Below the pieces are notes generated by a model that ran no database searches, was not told the DNA's origin, and was given only the letters and a program-made list of their open reading frames with translations. A stretch of DNA of 62,956 nucleotides, counting the filler, from Stramenopiles sp. TOSAG23-2 (Eukaryota), in assembly GCA_900128395.1 (NCBI GenBank). It is 27 parts of 27 records of this genome, joined end to end, with 100 filler letters (N's around TTAATTAATTAA, not from the genome) between each part and the next. Parts side by side here need not be neighbours in the genome. Positions count along the whole stretch, not along the records: positions 46,783 to 49,008 come from LT651916.1; positions 49,109 to 51,334 come from LT651917.1; positions 51,435 to 53,660 come from LT651918.1; positions 53,761 to 55,985 come from LT651919.1; positions 56,086 to 58,310 come from LT651920.1; 22 more parts are not named here. One strand, given 5' to 3'. Made by a program: the position numbers and the translations under genes. Below, one piece after another: positions 47,752 through 58,310 of the stretch (the stretch's first letter is position 1; each line of letters opens with the position of its first letter).

Positions 47752-48855
47752 CTAATGCTGTTGAATGCTCTTGTCGCCACAAATACTAACATTCTCTGGC
47801 ATTGCATTTTTATTTTGTGCATCAATTTTCTCCATTAAACAACACTTAATCATAAATTCACCTAGCATTGTCGCACTCTTTTCCCCACATGCTTTGGCAT
47901 GTGTATTTTCAACATTTAAACCTTCCTCTTCCGCTATATCTTCTAGTGCTTGTTCAATTAAACGTGTAAATAATTGACCAGTAAATAAACCAACCAATGC
48001 AGCTGCAATTAGTGTATAACAACCAGCTTTTAAAGTGACACCAACGCCAAAACAGCTTGTATCACCCCCTGGAACTAAATCGGAAAAATAATCGTTTAAT
48101 ATCTTTTGTATGTAATAGCACTTATCACCCACGATAAATTGAGCAAATTGATTGATTTCTAAAATTGCTGCCAACAATGACAACATGAAAACTTCCAACG
48201 CGCTCCATGCGTCAAGCACTTCAGCAGCAAGAAACATGTTTCGTTGATGTGATAGTTGCATTGGTATTACCCACAGACAGATCAAAACAACTAAATGCGC
48301 TAATGGGATTACAAAAGAAAAAAGCAAAAAACTACCAGACAAAACAAAAGATTTTAAATCATATTGATAGACAGCAGTGGCTATTGATATCAACGAATAA
48401 CTAGCTTTCGATTCTTTACCAAGTGCGATACCAGCGAGGCCTAGAAATTCAAAAGAAAAAGAATCTACTGCTGCACCGACAATGGATAAAAGTAGACTTT
48501 CTACCACTATGATGATCATAAAAGCTAAGCCTAGTCTTGTAAACCGATATCTCTTTCCTTTTCGATTACCACATTTAAAACTTTTTAAGCAAACATATGA
48601 CTTTGTACCAGAACTGCTAACCTGCCTATCTAAAGTTTCATTGCTGGTGTCAAATACGGAACCAATTGCTGCACGATGAAATGCAATCATAACATGTGAT
48701 AAAATCAAAGATATGACTGTAGCAATAATAAAAGCAAATATTCCCCAACCCGCAGTAACAATAATATCTGCCTCTAAAATTCCTGGTGGTAAAAATTCTA
48801 AATCATCTGGACTGACAATATGAAAGCGAAATGCGACCATCATCATAACCAACAC
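47752..48855 (-). CDS. Multi-pass membrane protein with PqiA-like segment, 5' truncated
   Basis: YSLISIA...FSFVIPL...EVLDAWSALEVFMLSLL resembles the PqiA WSMLDVF motif; several TM helices. Confidence 0.6.
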   Translation of the reverse strand: MLVMMMVAFRFHIVSPDDLEFLPPGILEADIIVTAGWGIFAFIIATVISLILSHVMIAFHRAAIGSVFDTSNETLDRQVSSSGTKSYVCLKSFKCGNRKGKRYRFTRLGLAFMIIIVVESLLLSIVGAAVDSFSFEFLGLAGIALGKESKASYSLISIATAVYQYDLKSFVLSGSFLLFSFVIPLAHLVVLICLWVIPMQLSHQRNMFLAAEVLDAWSALEVFMLSLLAAILEINQFAQFIVGDKCYYIQKILNDYFSDLVPGGDTSCFGVGVTLKAGCYTLIAAALVGLFTGQLFTRLIEQALEDIAEEEGLNVENTHAKACGEKSATMLGEFMIKCCLMEKIDAQNKNAMPENVSICGDKSIQQH

Positions 48856-49418
48856 GATTAAATTCTTAGAAAAAGAAACTATGTGGTAAATCCATCTCTC
48901 TGGTAAATATCAGTACCTGGTAGTAAATCCACGTAGAAAATTTTGATACTGTTATGTTAATGTTATAGTATATAGATTTAAGTTGCTATTAATACTTTTT
49001 TTACAGGTNNNNNNNNNNNNNNNNNNNNNNNNNNNNNNNNNNNNNNNNNNNNTTAATTAATTAANNNNNNNNNNNNNNNNNNNNNNNNNNNNNNNNNNNN
49101 NNNNNNNNATCATATTGACACTGAAAAATAACATTTTACTTTCTTTAAATTCATTTTCTTTCGGAAAGTGTTTCTCATCTGGTTGATCTGTTCCACACCA
49201 TTTGCCTTCCCATTGCATATTGTTATTTTGTTCATCAAAACTTCCATCACCTTTCCATACAAATAATGTTTCTCGCCACCACTTCAAGTATACATTATTG
49301 TCATTTGATAGGACGAAAAAAATAGAATTTTTTTTAAAGAGTATAAGCCACAGTAAGGAGATCGAAAAATCCACCATCGATATATATTATATATTTCATA
49401 CTCTTAAACTTCTCAAAA

Positions 49419-51086
49419 TTAAAACCAGTTTGCGGTGTTCAACAAATCTTCACGGGCTTTAATGGCGCCAATGACTGTGCCATAACTCCATGTCAAGTCA
49501 TGCGCACCTTGTGCTAAACCTGAATCTTTGTTAATTTGCTCATTTAAATGAAAATTATACGGCTTTACATGATGTGCAACCCTTGTCAAAATACCATCCC
49601 CAGTAGCCATTAATGCTCGCATCATATTTTGAAATAAGCTGTTGTCTAAATCTTGCCCAGGAATCAGCTTCCTTTCCAATTCGACAACGGTTGTAGAATT
49701 CAATACATGTTGGCTATGTTTCAACGAGAGCTTGAAAAATTCAATATTTACGTCAGAAATTTGCAATGGTATCCCAGCTTCAATATGTTCTTTTGCTGCG
49801 GTATAAAAAATTTCAGCTAACGACGATGAGCATAAAATCCAAGGATTTCCACTTGATGGTTGCGATGTATTTCCGCCATTATAGACATCATTTGGATAAC
49901 GCCCGACTAAAAGTCCTGGTAGGCCCAATTCATCATCTTTTTTATTTATGGAAAAGTCGGGATAATTAGAGGAAGAAAAAGTATTCATCAAAACAGCGAC
50001 GGAACTTTGAACACGTTCACTACTTGGGCTATAGAAGCCATCCCCATTATTACCATATAAAACGCCAAGATGTACAGCAGAATCTAATGGCCGTTGGTTT
50101 GGAATTTCCATAATTAAACCTTTATTTGCATCCCAATGATTTGAATTAATGTTATCTTCAATACTTTTTGCTGTCGACGCATATGAAGATGCAGATGAAG
50201 TATCACCCAGGGCTGTGGCAATTTGTGCGCCGAGATAAAGTGCACGGCGCATGACAAATTTCACAAAAAATACTTGAGAATTAATCTCTTCCCATGGATC
50301 ACCACTGTTTTGTGACCACACTTGCTGGATACGTTCTAAATCACGCTGCACCCCCGCCATATTTGGATTCATTACATATATATTTTGTTTCACATAATCG
50401 GTTTTGTTCTCACTTAATAACTCCTTTGCCCATAACAATAAAGTAATTGTTCGTAATGCCATGCCATCTCTTTGTGGTCTCATCCATCCCTTTTCAAAAC
50501 ATTTACCGTCAACATAAAATTTTGGTTCACCGCGAATATCAATGCCATTAGGATCAGTTGCAAATTGAGCTCGGTGAACCCAGTTAATGTAGCTTCCCAT
50601 GAATCCTTGATACCCCGCTGGTGATTTATAATCAAAAAGCTTTGACATTGATATTGCACCATCTCGTTGCCAGTGGTAATAGTAGTCTGGTGATTGGGTT
50701 GATGGGGAGGCCATAACAGCCCCATTTCCATTAACATTCAAATTTTCTTCAAAATATCCTTGCATCAACTTCATTTGATCCGCTGTGAACGGTGCGTTTC
50801 CAGAAGGAGAAGGAGACGGTGGGCTAGGTGGAGGTGAAGGCGATGGACTTGGAGATGGTCCACTTGCCGGTTTGTAGCACCATGGCTCTGTGCTTGGAAC
50901 ATTTGGAACCCAACAGCATCCTTTGGATTCACATTGGTTTTGATTGATACCATAGTATCCACAATCTACTTTTTTTGATACAGAGCATTGGGCATTTACT
51001 TTCTTAATTGAACGAAGTCTTTGTCCATATGTCATAGAAACGCAAAAAATGACACACAGTACTATAGCGGATAAAAAACCTTTCAT
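49419..51086 (-). CDS. Secreted glucoamylase (GH15) with N-terminal trefoil (P-type) domain and Pro/Ser linker
   Basis: Signal peptide; CSVSKKVDCGYYGINQNQCESKGCCW...PWCY trefoil; GH15 DYYYHWQRDGA, GEPKF, RPQRDG, DPWEE, GRYPND, GNPWIL, EQI, DLTWSY. Confidence 0.92.
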   Translation of the reverse strand: MKGFLSAIVLCVIFCVSMTYGQRLRSIKKVNAQCSVSKKVDCGYYGINQNQCESKGCCWVPNVPSTEPWCYKPASGPSPSPSPSPPPSPPSPSPSGNAPFTADQMKLMQGYFEENLNVNGNGAVMASPSTQSPDYYYHWQRDGAISMSKLFDYKSPAGYQGFMGSYINWVHRAQFATDPNGIDIRGEPKFYVDGKCFEKGWMRPQRDGMALRTITLLLWAKELLSENKTDYVKQNIYVMNPNMAGVQRDLERIQQVWSQNSGDPWEEINSQVFFVKFVMRRALYLGAQIATALGDTSSASSYASTAKSIEDNINSNHWDANKGLIMEIPNQRPLDSAVHLGVLYGNNGDGFYSPSSERVQSSVAVLMNTFSSSNYPDFSINKKDDELGLPGLLVGRYPNDVYNGGNTSQPSSGNPWILCSSSLAEIFYTAAKEHIEAGIPLQISDVNIEFFKLSLKHSQHVLNSTTVVELERKLIPGQDLDNSLFQNMMRALMATGDGILTRVAHHVKPYNFHLNEQINKDSGLAQGAHDLTWSYGTVIGAIKAREDLLNTANWF

Positions 51087-51595
51087 AATGATATGTATGT
51101 TTGTGTGTAAATATAAATACGTAGTTGGTCTCTATCACGCTTATATATACAATATATCTCTACACACTCCGAAAAAAGATATTATAATTTTCTTTTTTTT
51201 TCTTTTTCAGAATTAATTTATTCAGAATGACCTTTCCTGGCCTTTCATCAATTATTCAATGTATCCTATAGGGGTTCAAAAACCTGGGTCACAGTATTCA
51301 CCTGCTATATATACAATGGATATAGCATACAAGANNNNNNNNNNNNNNNNNNNNNNNNNNNNNNNNNNNNNNNNNNNNTTAATTAATTAANNNNNNNNNN
51401 NNNNNNNNNNNNNNNNNNNNNNNNNNNNNNNNNNACATATAACAACATAAAATACTAGTTATATATACATATATGAAGCTATTTTAATAATAATCTCACT
51501 AACCCTTTTATTTCTATTTTCTTCTTTTATACCAAACATTTTATCTATATGCTTTCATTCATCTAAAACATCATCGTCATCTATTTATATATAAT

Positions 51596-53660
51596 ATGAA
51601 TGACAATATCAAAGCTCAAAATAGTTTCCTTTCAACAAGGACAAAATCTATGTCACCAATATCTTCTAAAAAATCATCAACAAAAATAAGTGAAATACAA
51701 CTTGCAAGTGGCAATCAAAATGGTAATAATGCGACAGATGATAAGCGAAGAAAGGTTGCACCAATAATCATTAAAACAAAAAAAGATTCTTATGGACATG
51801 ATATTATAAGGGAAAAAACAAACAAGACGACCAACGTTACATGGGGAACCCTAGCATTTAGCATACAAGATACAAAGAGAGGTAAAGATAGTTCATTTAA
51901 AATGAAAAAAAAAATTGGACACCACCGAAATATCTCTTATAGTGAAAAATTGCTTGTTCAAATGGATGAAAACGAAGAAGATGATGACGATGGGGATAGA
52001 TTTGACCACAATCCGGAGTTAGAAGAAAACTTTGGAGTAAGGACACGATTTAACCGGACTATTACCAACAGTAAAGGCGAAGTTAAAAAGATACCCTTAG
52101 TATTGCTTTCCGATTCTGGGTTAAAACAAAAATGGGATGTATTTATAATGGTATTGTTGGCGTGGGTTTCTATCGTTACACCAGTTCAAATCTCTTACCT
52201 CTCTGACTTTCAAAGACTTGACAATATTCCTGATTGGATGTTCTTGTTCCTTATAGATAGATTAATAGACATAGTATTTGTCATGGATATGTTTGTAAGT
52301 GTCCGTACTTCATGGCTTGATGAACATGGCGATGAAGCATTTCAAGATGGGAAAGCGGTGACAAGGTATTTAAAAGGTTTTTTTCTAATTGATTTTCTAT
52401 CAATTTTTCCATTTCAAGTACTATTATCATCTCCTGGCAAATTAACACGTTTATTGAAATTAATACGTTTAGTAAAAATGGTACGACTTTTAAAAGTTAG
52501 TAAATTTTACGGTGCAGTAGAAAAGCAAGCCGGGTTATCCATTGGATATAGTAACATACGAATGGTTATTTTATTACTTATGATCTTAATAATAGCTCAT
52601 TGGATGGCATGTTTTTTGTTTATCGTATATTCATATGCAGAAGAATCGGGAGAAACTACTTGGGTAGAAGCACATGGTTCGATAGATAGCGAGTCCAGTA
52701 GAATTGATATGTATTTAGTAGCATATTACTGGGCAATTATGACATTGACTACGATTGGGTATGGAGATGTTACAGCACAAAATAATGTAGAAAGAGTCTT
52801 TTTCATAATAATGATGTTGCTTGCTGCAGGCGTTTTTAGTTATTTATTGGGTACATTTGTTTCGTTGATTGATTCGCATTATACAGAAGTATTTGCATTT
52901 CAAGAATGGATTGATAGTTTGGTTGTTTTTTTAAAAGATCCACACTTTCGCTTAAAACCTGAATTTCAAAAGCAAGTCATAGAATACGTATACCATTGTC
53001 AATACGAAACATCACAATATAAAGATTTAACGGTCATTGATAATTTATCACCTGCAATGAAAATGAAAATTATGTTTGCCTACCATGGACAACGATTGCA
53101 TAGATTGCCATATTTAAACCATGCACCAAGTGCATTTATTGCTCGTCTTGCACAGCGTTTACAAGTATTAACAGAAGCCGCAGAGCAATGGATTATGAGG
53201 GCAGGCTTCATTGGTCGCAAAATGTACGTTCTTGTCGAAGGGGTTGCCTACGTTGCGGAGGAAGCCGTCACACCTAAAGGAGGTATGGAAGATGATGAAT
53301 ATGATGTTACAAACCATATTGGCAAAAAAAGATCGTCTCCTGATGGTCATTCAAGACATAGAACAATGGATCAAATATTAACTAAACGAACACGCAGAAA
53401 AAGTATTATTGTAAAAGAAACTATTCCAAACGTTATTGATGAAAAACCAAAATGGGAAGAGTTGCGAGCGCATGGTTTATTAATTGAAAAAGTAAGCACT
53501 ATTGGGTATGAATCGATGTTATTTCCAAGGCGAAGACGACATGTTGGTGTCAAGACATATTCCATTTGTCAAATGTATACTTTGTCATACAAAGCATTTC
53601 AAGAGGAATTGTCAGATTATCCAGAATTTTCAGTACAATTACGAAGTCAAATGATGAAAG
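51596..53660 (+). CDS. CNBD-family (EAG/CNG-like) voltage-gated K+ channel, 3' truncated
   Basis: S1-S6 helices, S4 RLLKLIRLVKMVRLLK, pore YYWAIMTLTTIGYGD, C-linker, and a cNMP-binding domain with a long insert. Confidence 0.9.
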
Positions 53661-53997
53661 NNNNNNNNNNNNNNNNNNNNNNNNNNNNNNNNNNNNNNNN
53701 NNNNTTAATTAATTAANNNNNNNNNNNNNNNNNNNNNNNNNNNNNNNNNNNNNNNNNNNNAAAATTCATACTTATAATATTTTTAAAAAAGTTCTGTAAT
53801 AGGAGCTTGTCCTCGTATAGTTAAAGTATGATCGAAGATAATTGGTATTTGGTATACATGTATTTTTTATATTAATAATAATTTTAGGTTTTACCAGCTG
53901 GAATAGAATCTGCATGCGGGAACATGTTAAATATATTTATACAATATTAAATATTATATACGCGCGTATTATATATATATATATATATATAATACAT

Positions 53998-55419
53998 TCA
54001 CACCAAAATGTAAGCATTACGAATCAGCTCCTCACCATAAAGTATGGAAAAGATAGCAACCCAAGCAACACTTTTATATACACGTATTGAGCCAAGTTTT
54101 AGTTTCATCAAATTATCAATAGTATGGCCTTGCACAATTCGAAAGCTGAAACGTGCTTTATCTAATTTCTTATAATTAATTTCTGTTGGTGGACATAAAC
54201 AAATATCTTTCCCATCTTCGGCTACTGTAGGTTTTGCAAGAATTGTTACTTCAGTATGATTTGGTATTCCAAGTTCAACTACACGAAAACCGTTATCCAC
54301 ATCTCTAGCTTTTCTCATTGATTTTGGCGTGCCTCTAGTGAAAGTTTGCCATTTTGCATTTTCTTCTGCAGCTACATTCATACGCTTTTTAAAGGTTTGA
54401 TAATCACTGACATAAGTATCTGGAAACGAAGACCAATTTCCCGGATTATTATCATAAAATCCTTTACCTGCAAATACCCATGGAGCGTCATTTGGCACAA
54501 GATTTGCAATTTGATCTAGCCCATTGATATGTTTCCATATATATTTATAAGTTTCACTATCCTGGTTATTATTTTCAACATCGTGCTTAAATCCACCATC
54601 ATCTGTTTCACTGGATTGATCAACAAAAATAAAATTTGATTTATGTGTCAACGGTTCACCATCTTGAAACCTCTTAAAACCCGCATACCGTTTATATTCA
54701 TTCATTTGATCAGGTAATGATAAAAATAATGGAGGTGAATCATTGTTTTTTAAATTAACCTCATTGAATTCTGGCAATTTAATGTCAGCCATGTCGCCAC
54801 GTCCATCTACAAATTGTAGACCACCATCAGATACGTTCCGATGATGAAATACATTAAATCGTGTCTCCCTAGGACGGCGAATTATACGCATCCGATTTTT
54901 TCCTCTAATTTTTTTTGCATGGCATCCTATTCGTGTTATAAATATTTCTGATAAAGCAAATCCATTTTCTAAATCTTTACTAACATTTTTTTCTTTTCTT
55001 ATTAACAAATTATGCGGCGGTGTAATTTTACCCATTGAAGCTTTCAACGAAGTTACTTGCTCTGTTATTGAAAATACTGGTTTGCCCTTTGTTTGAATTA
55101 AACCTGTAAGCAAAACTGTAGAGGGCAAATTATTTATATCATTTTTTGCAATATTTTTTAGTTTTTTAATTGTCATATTTTCATTGAACATTTTAAGTAA
55201 GATAGACTTTTCCGACTTTGCTCGTCTAATTGAACGAATAGCGAAGACAAGTGCAGCAAACCCCACCACTATTTCAGCCTGTCCTTCCAGCACATTTGCC
55301 ATTGGATTATCTCTTTTATTACCACCTATAGCTCTTGACTTGCGCAATCTTAAGCTTTCAAATTTTGTATATAATTCTACTGGACTTGGATGTTGTTGTC
55401 TTCCGGGCATTTTTATCAA
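53998..55419 (-). CDS. Two-TM protein with GIDE-like (MUL1/SP1 family) central domain
   Basis: TM near each end; TVLLTGLI, LQFVDGRG, VVELGIPNHTEVTILAK and ICLCPP...FRIV resemble the GIDE pattern; no RING seen. Confidence 0.45.
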   Translation of the reverse strand: MIKMPGRQQHPSPVELYTKFESLRLRKSRAIGGNKRDNPMANVLEGQAEIVVGFAALVFAIRSIRRAKSEKSILLKMFNENMTIKKLKNIAKNDINNLPSTVLLTGLIQTKGKPVFSITEQVTSLKASMGKITPPHNLLIRKEKNVSKDLENGFALSEIFITRIGCHAKKIRGKNRMRIIRRPRETRFNVFHHRNVSDGGLQFVDGRGDMADIKLPEFNEVNLKNNDSPPLFLSLPDQMNEYKRYAGFKRFQDGEPLTHKSNFIFVDQSSETDDGGFKHDVENNNQDSETYKYIWKHINGLDQIANLVPNDAPWVFAGKGFYDNNPGNWSSFPDTYVSDYQTFKKRMNVAAEENAKWQTFTRGTPKSMRKARDVDNGFRVVELGIPNHTEVTILAKPTVAEDGKDICLCPPTEINYKKLDKARFSFRIVQGHTIDNLMKLKLGSIRVYKSVAWVAIFSILYGEELIRNAYILV

Positions 55420-56490
55420 AATATGTAATTTGTATATCTATTACTTTTATAATAATGCTATAATAAATACATAAATATAACACAAATAGATTATCATCAA
55501 ACAAGTAATATTATATATTTTTGATCATTAATACTTTTTTGTGTCTATATATACACGTGCATGCATATCTACTATAATAATACCCTTTTTTTTTATTATA
55601 TAATTAAAAAAAAAGATATCAAAAAATACTTTTGGCATACAAAACTAATATATTTCAGAGAAAATAAGTACGGTACATATGTACCTCTTAGGTATAATTT
55701 AAATACTGATTTTTTTAATTATCCTATACCAAGTATATAATCATTCAAAAATTTCCATCTATTGCACTATTATATATATATATATTATGAAGAAATCATT
55801 ATATATAACAATCTTCCCCTTTTAATTTTCACATGATAAGTAACTATAATACGAATAGGAATTTTTTTTCTTCTATAACACTTGAAACCTGATAGTGACG
55901 GTCTTTCTTGTAAATATAATTATGGAGGATTCATTTAACGATGAGAAATTAGTAATAGCCGTGAAAGAATTAAAAGACATGTCGTNNNNNNNNNNNNNNN
56001 NNNNNNNNNNNNNNNNNNNNNNNNNNNNNTTAATTAATTAANNNNNNNNNNNNNNNNNNNNNNNNNNNNNNNNNNNNNNNNNNNNTTGCTTGTCTTTTGG
56101 ATTGGTTTATTTTCTATTGTTCCTTTATCCATGTTATGTTTAAAGATTTTTTTATCACATTGTGATTTTTCAAATATGAGAGAACCAACAATCTAAATCA
56201 TCCAACAACTCAAATCATTATTAAAGATGTAACATATTGTGCTGATAATCTCTGCATGGAATCAATACTAAATTTATACAATCCATACCATAATAATATG
56301 TATTTACGTTCTATCTAAAAGATCTTACGATACACATTTATACACTCTATCCGTAGATATATATATCCATCCATGTCCATTTATACAGAAAGAACCACTT
56401 TGATTTAGAAGATCATTTATATATACTTCCATTTCATATAGGTACTATTGTAGATAAGAAGAGATTATAATAAATAATATTTAAAGAATC

Positions 56491-57258
56491 ATGTTTTATG
56501 ATAGTGACAACAATAATAATAATTCTTTTGGATATAATGGTATACAAACCCAAAAACAACAGGATCCGGAGGAATATATATTAAAGATACAAATTACAAA
56601 AATTACTCGTGCACAACTATGCTCATTGTCTCGTGATGACAGTAATGTTAACGAGAATGTGTTTGCTTTAAAAGGGAATGAAAGAAGGGGTGGTTATCAG
56701 ATGCATGGTATATTGAGTGGCTCCAATAATAATATGCAACATGGAACAATATATTGCCATACAAATAATAAACCGCCGTACCCCCTTTCCTTACATAGTG
56801 ACGCCTTATTACCATTTTGTACTCGTAACGCGGACAGAAATGGTCGGCAGGAAAATAGAAAAAGGTTTGTTTTTAAAGACCAGTTCGAACAGGAAACACA
56901 TATAAACTTCCAGATATACGATTGTGATGGCACACCCTTATCAAATCGAACGTTTCAAAGCTTAATTGTATATAAAGCTGAACACTTTCCAGGTACTAAT
57001 TTAAGTATCGTCAACAACGGTACAGTTTCATTCCCCCCGAATGCAAACTTAAACATAACTAATAGCAAACTATCACAGAAATTTGATACAATACATGTAA
57101 ATAATGCATATATTGCCCAAGCTATTGTTGATCAATTACAACAATTATCTGATTCTGAATTGAAAATAATACAGAAAGATACTCCATTTCCAGATGACGT
57201 TTTAGAACAAGTATCCGGCTTAAACTTGCATATTTACGAATGGATCACACTCTTTTAA
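56491..57258 (+). CDS. Hypothetical protein
   Basis: Complete 255-aa ATG ORF; no motif recognised. Confidence 0.6.
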   Translation: MFYDSDNNNNNSFGYNGIQTQKQQDPEEYILKIQITKITRAQLCSLSRDDSNVNENVFALKGNERRGGYQMHGILSGSNNNMQHGTIYCHTNNKPPYPLSLHSDALLPFCTRNADRNGRQENRKRFVFKDQFEQETHINFQIYDCDGTPLSNRTFQSLIVYKAEHFPGTNLSIVNNGTVSFPPNANLNITNSKLSQKFDTIHVNNAYIAQAIVDQLQQLSDSELKIIQKDTPFPDDVLEQVSGLNLHIYEWITLF

Positions 57259-57322
57259 TATCGAGAGATCTATTTATTATGATACGAACTTCGTATCATA
57301 CCAATTCATTAATGATGATACA

Positions 57323-57531
57323 GTACAAAGTATTATTGATGTATTAAAAACAAACAATACATTAATATTATTGCACCTGCGTAATAATCAACTTAGTGCT
57401 AATATGTACTCACAATTAAAAGCTATACAACAATATAAAAGAGATGGATGTATTTAACCAATATAAAAGAGATGGATCAAACGGGTATCAACGTATCAAC
57501 AAGTAAAAGGGGGATGGAGATATCCGCATAA
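57323..57531 (+). pseudogene. Decayed C-terminal fragment of the 26-aa LRR family
   Basis: VQSIIDVLKTNNTLILLHLRNNQLSANMYSQLKAIQQYKRDG, similar to the repeats at 32799-33048; no start; internal duplication and frameshifts. Confidence 0.65.
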
Positions 57532-57820
57532 ATAATTAATAATTAATAATATATATATAGGTGTGATGTTTGTACTTGTGAGCGTGTAAGAATACTAAAA
57601 TGACCTCCCAAATTAACATATATATAAATGAATCGTAAATAAAATCTATCTCCACCATATATTGTTCTTCTATTATCTATATTAATACATATATCCGGCA
57701 ATATGTATTAATACCTTTTGTTGTAAAATTCAATTTACTATTTTTATATCTATTAATTTAACTATATACCTACGTAACAAATCAAATATTTAGTAAAAAT
57801 ATATTTTATATAAAATACAT

Positions 57821-58090
57821 CGTTCGTATTTTTTCTTTTTTTCCAAAATTTTAAAATTAACACAGTATTAAAATAAATTATTAACATTTTTTGAAGAAAA
57901 AAAAAACCGTTAATTACTTGTCTTTATTAATAATAAAAAAGAAATGAGCTCCTCCACTTCCGTTCGTATTTTTTCTTTTTTTCCAAAATTTTAAAATTAA
58001 CACATTATTAAATTATTAACATTTTTTGAAGAAAAAAAAAACCGTAATTACTTGTCTTTATTAATAAAAAAGAAATGAGCTCCTCCACTA
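57821..58090. repeat. Imperfect ~140-bp tandem duplication including a start codon
   Basis: 57821-57958 vs 57961-58090 with small indels; probably allelic. Confidence 0.8.
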
Positions 58091-58310
58091 CGCTAACTCT
58101 AACAGAACGGTTGAAAAAAAGAAATCCAACGCGTTTGAAACCATTAAATAAAATAGCCAATCATCAAATAAAAGGCACCACAACAGAATCAAACGAAACG
58201 AAACCAAACAAGAAAACTCGTAAAAAACGCAAACAAAGAAATCATCAAGATAATAATAATAATAAAGTTGAATCAATAATCGATTTAACTACCACCACCA
58301 CCACCACCAC
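58075..58310 (+). CDS. N-terminal fragment with basic NLS-like stretch and SIM-like IIDLT
   Basis: KKTRKKRKQR; ESIIDLT; poly-T; runs into the linker. Confidence 0.5.
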
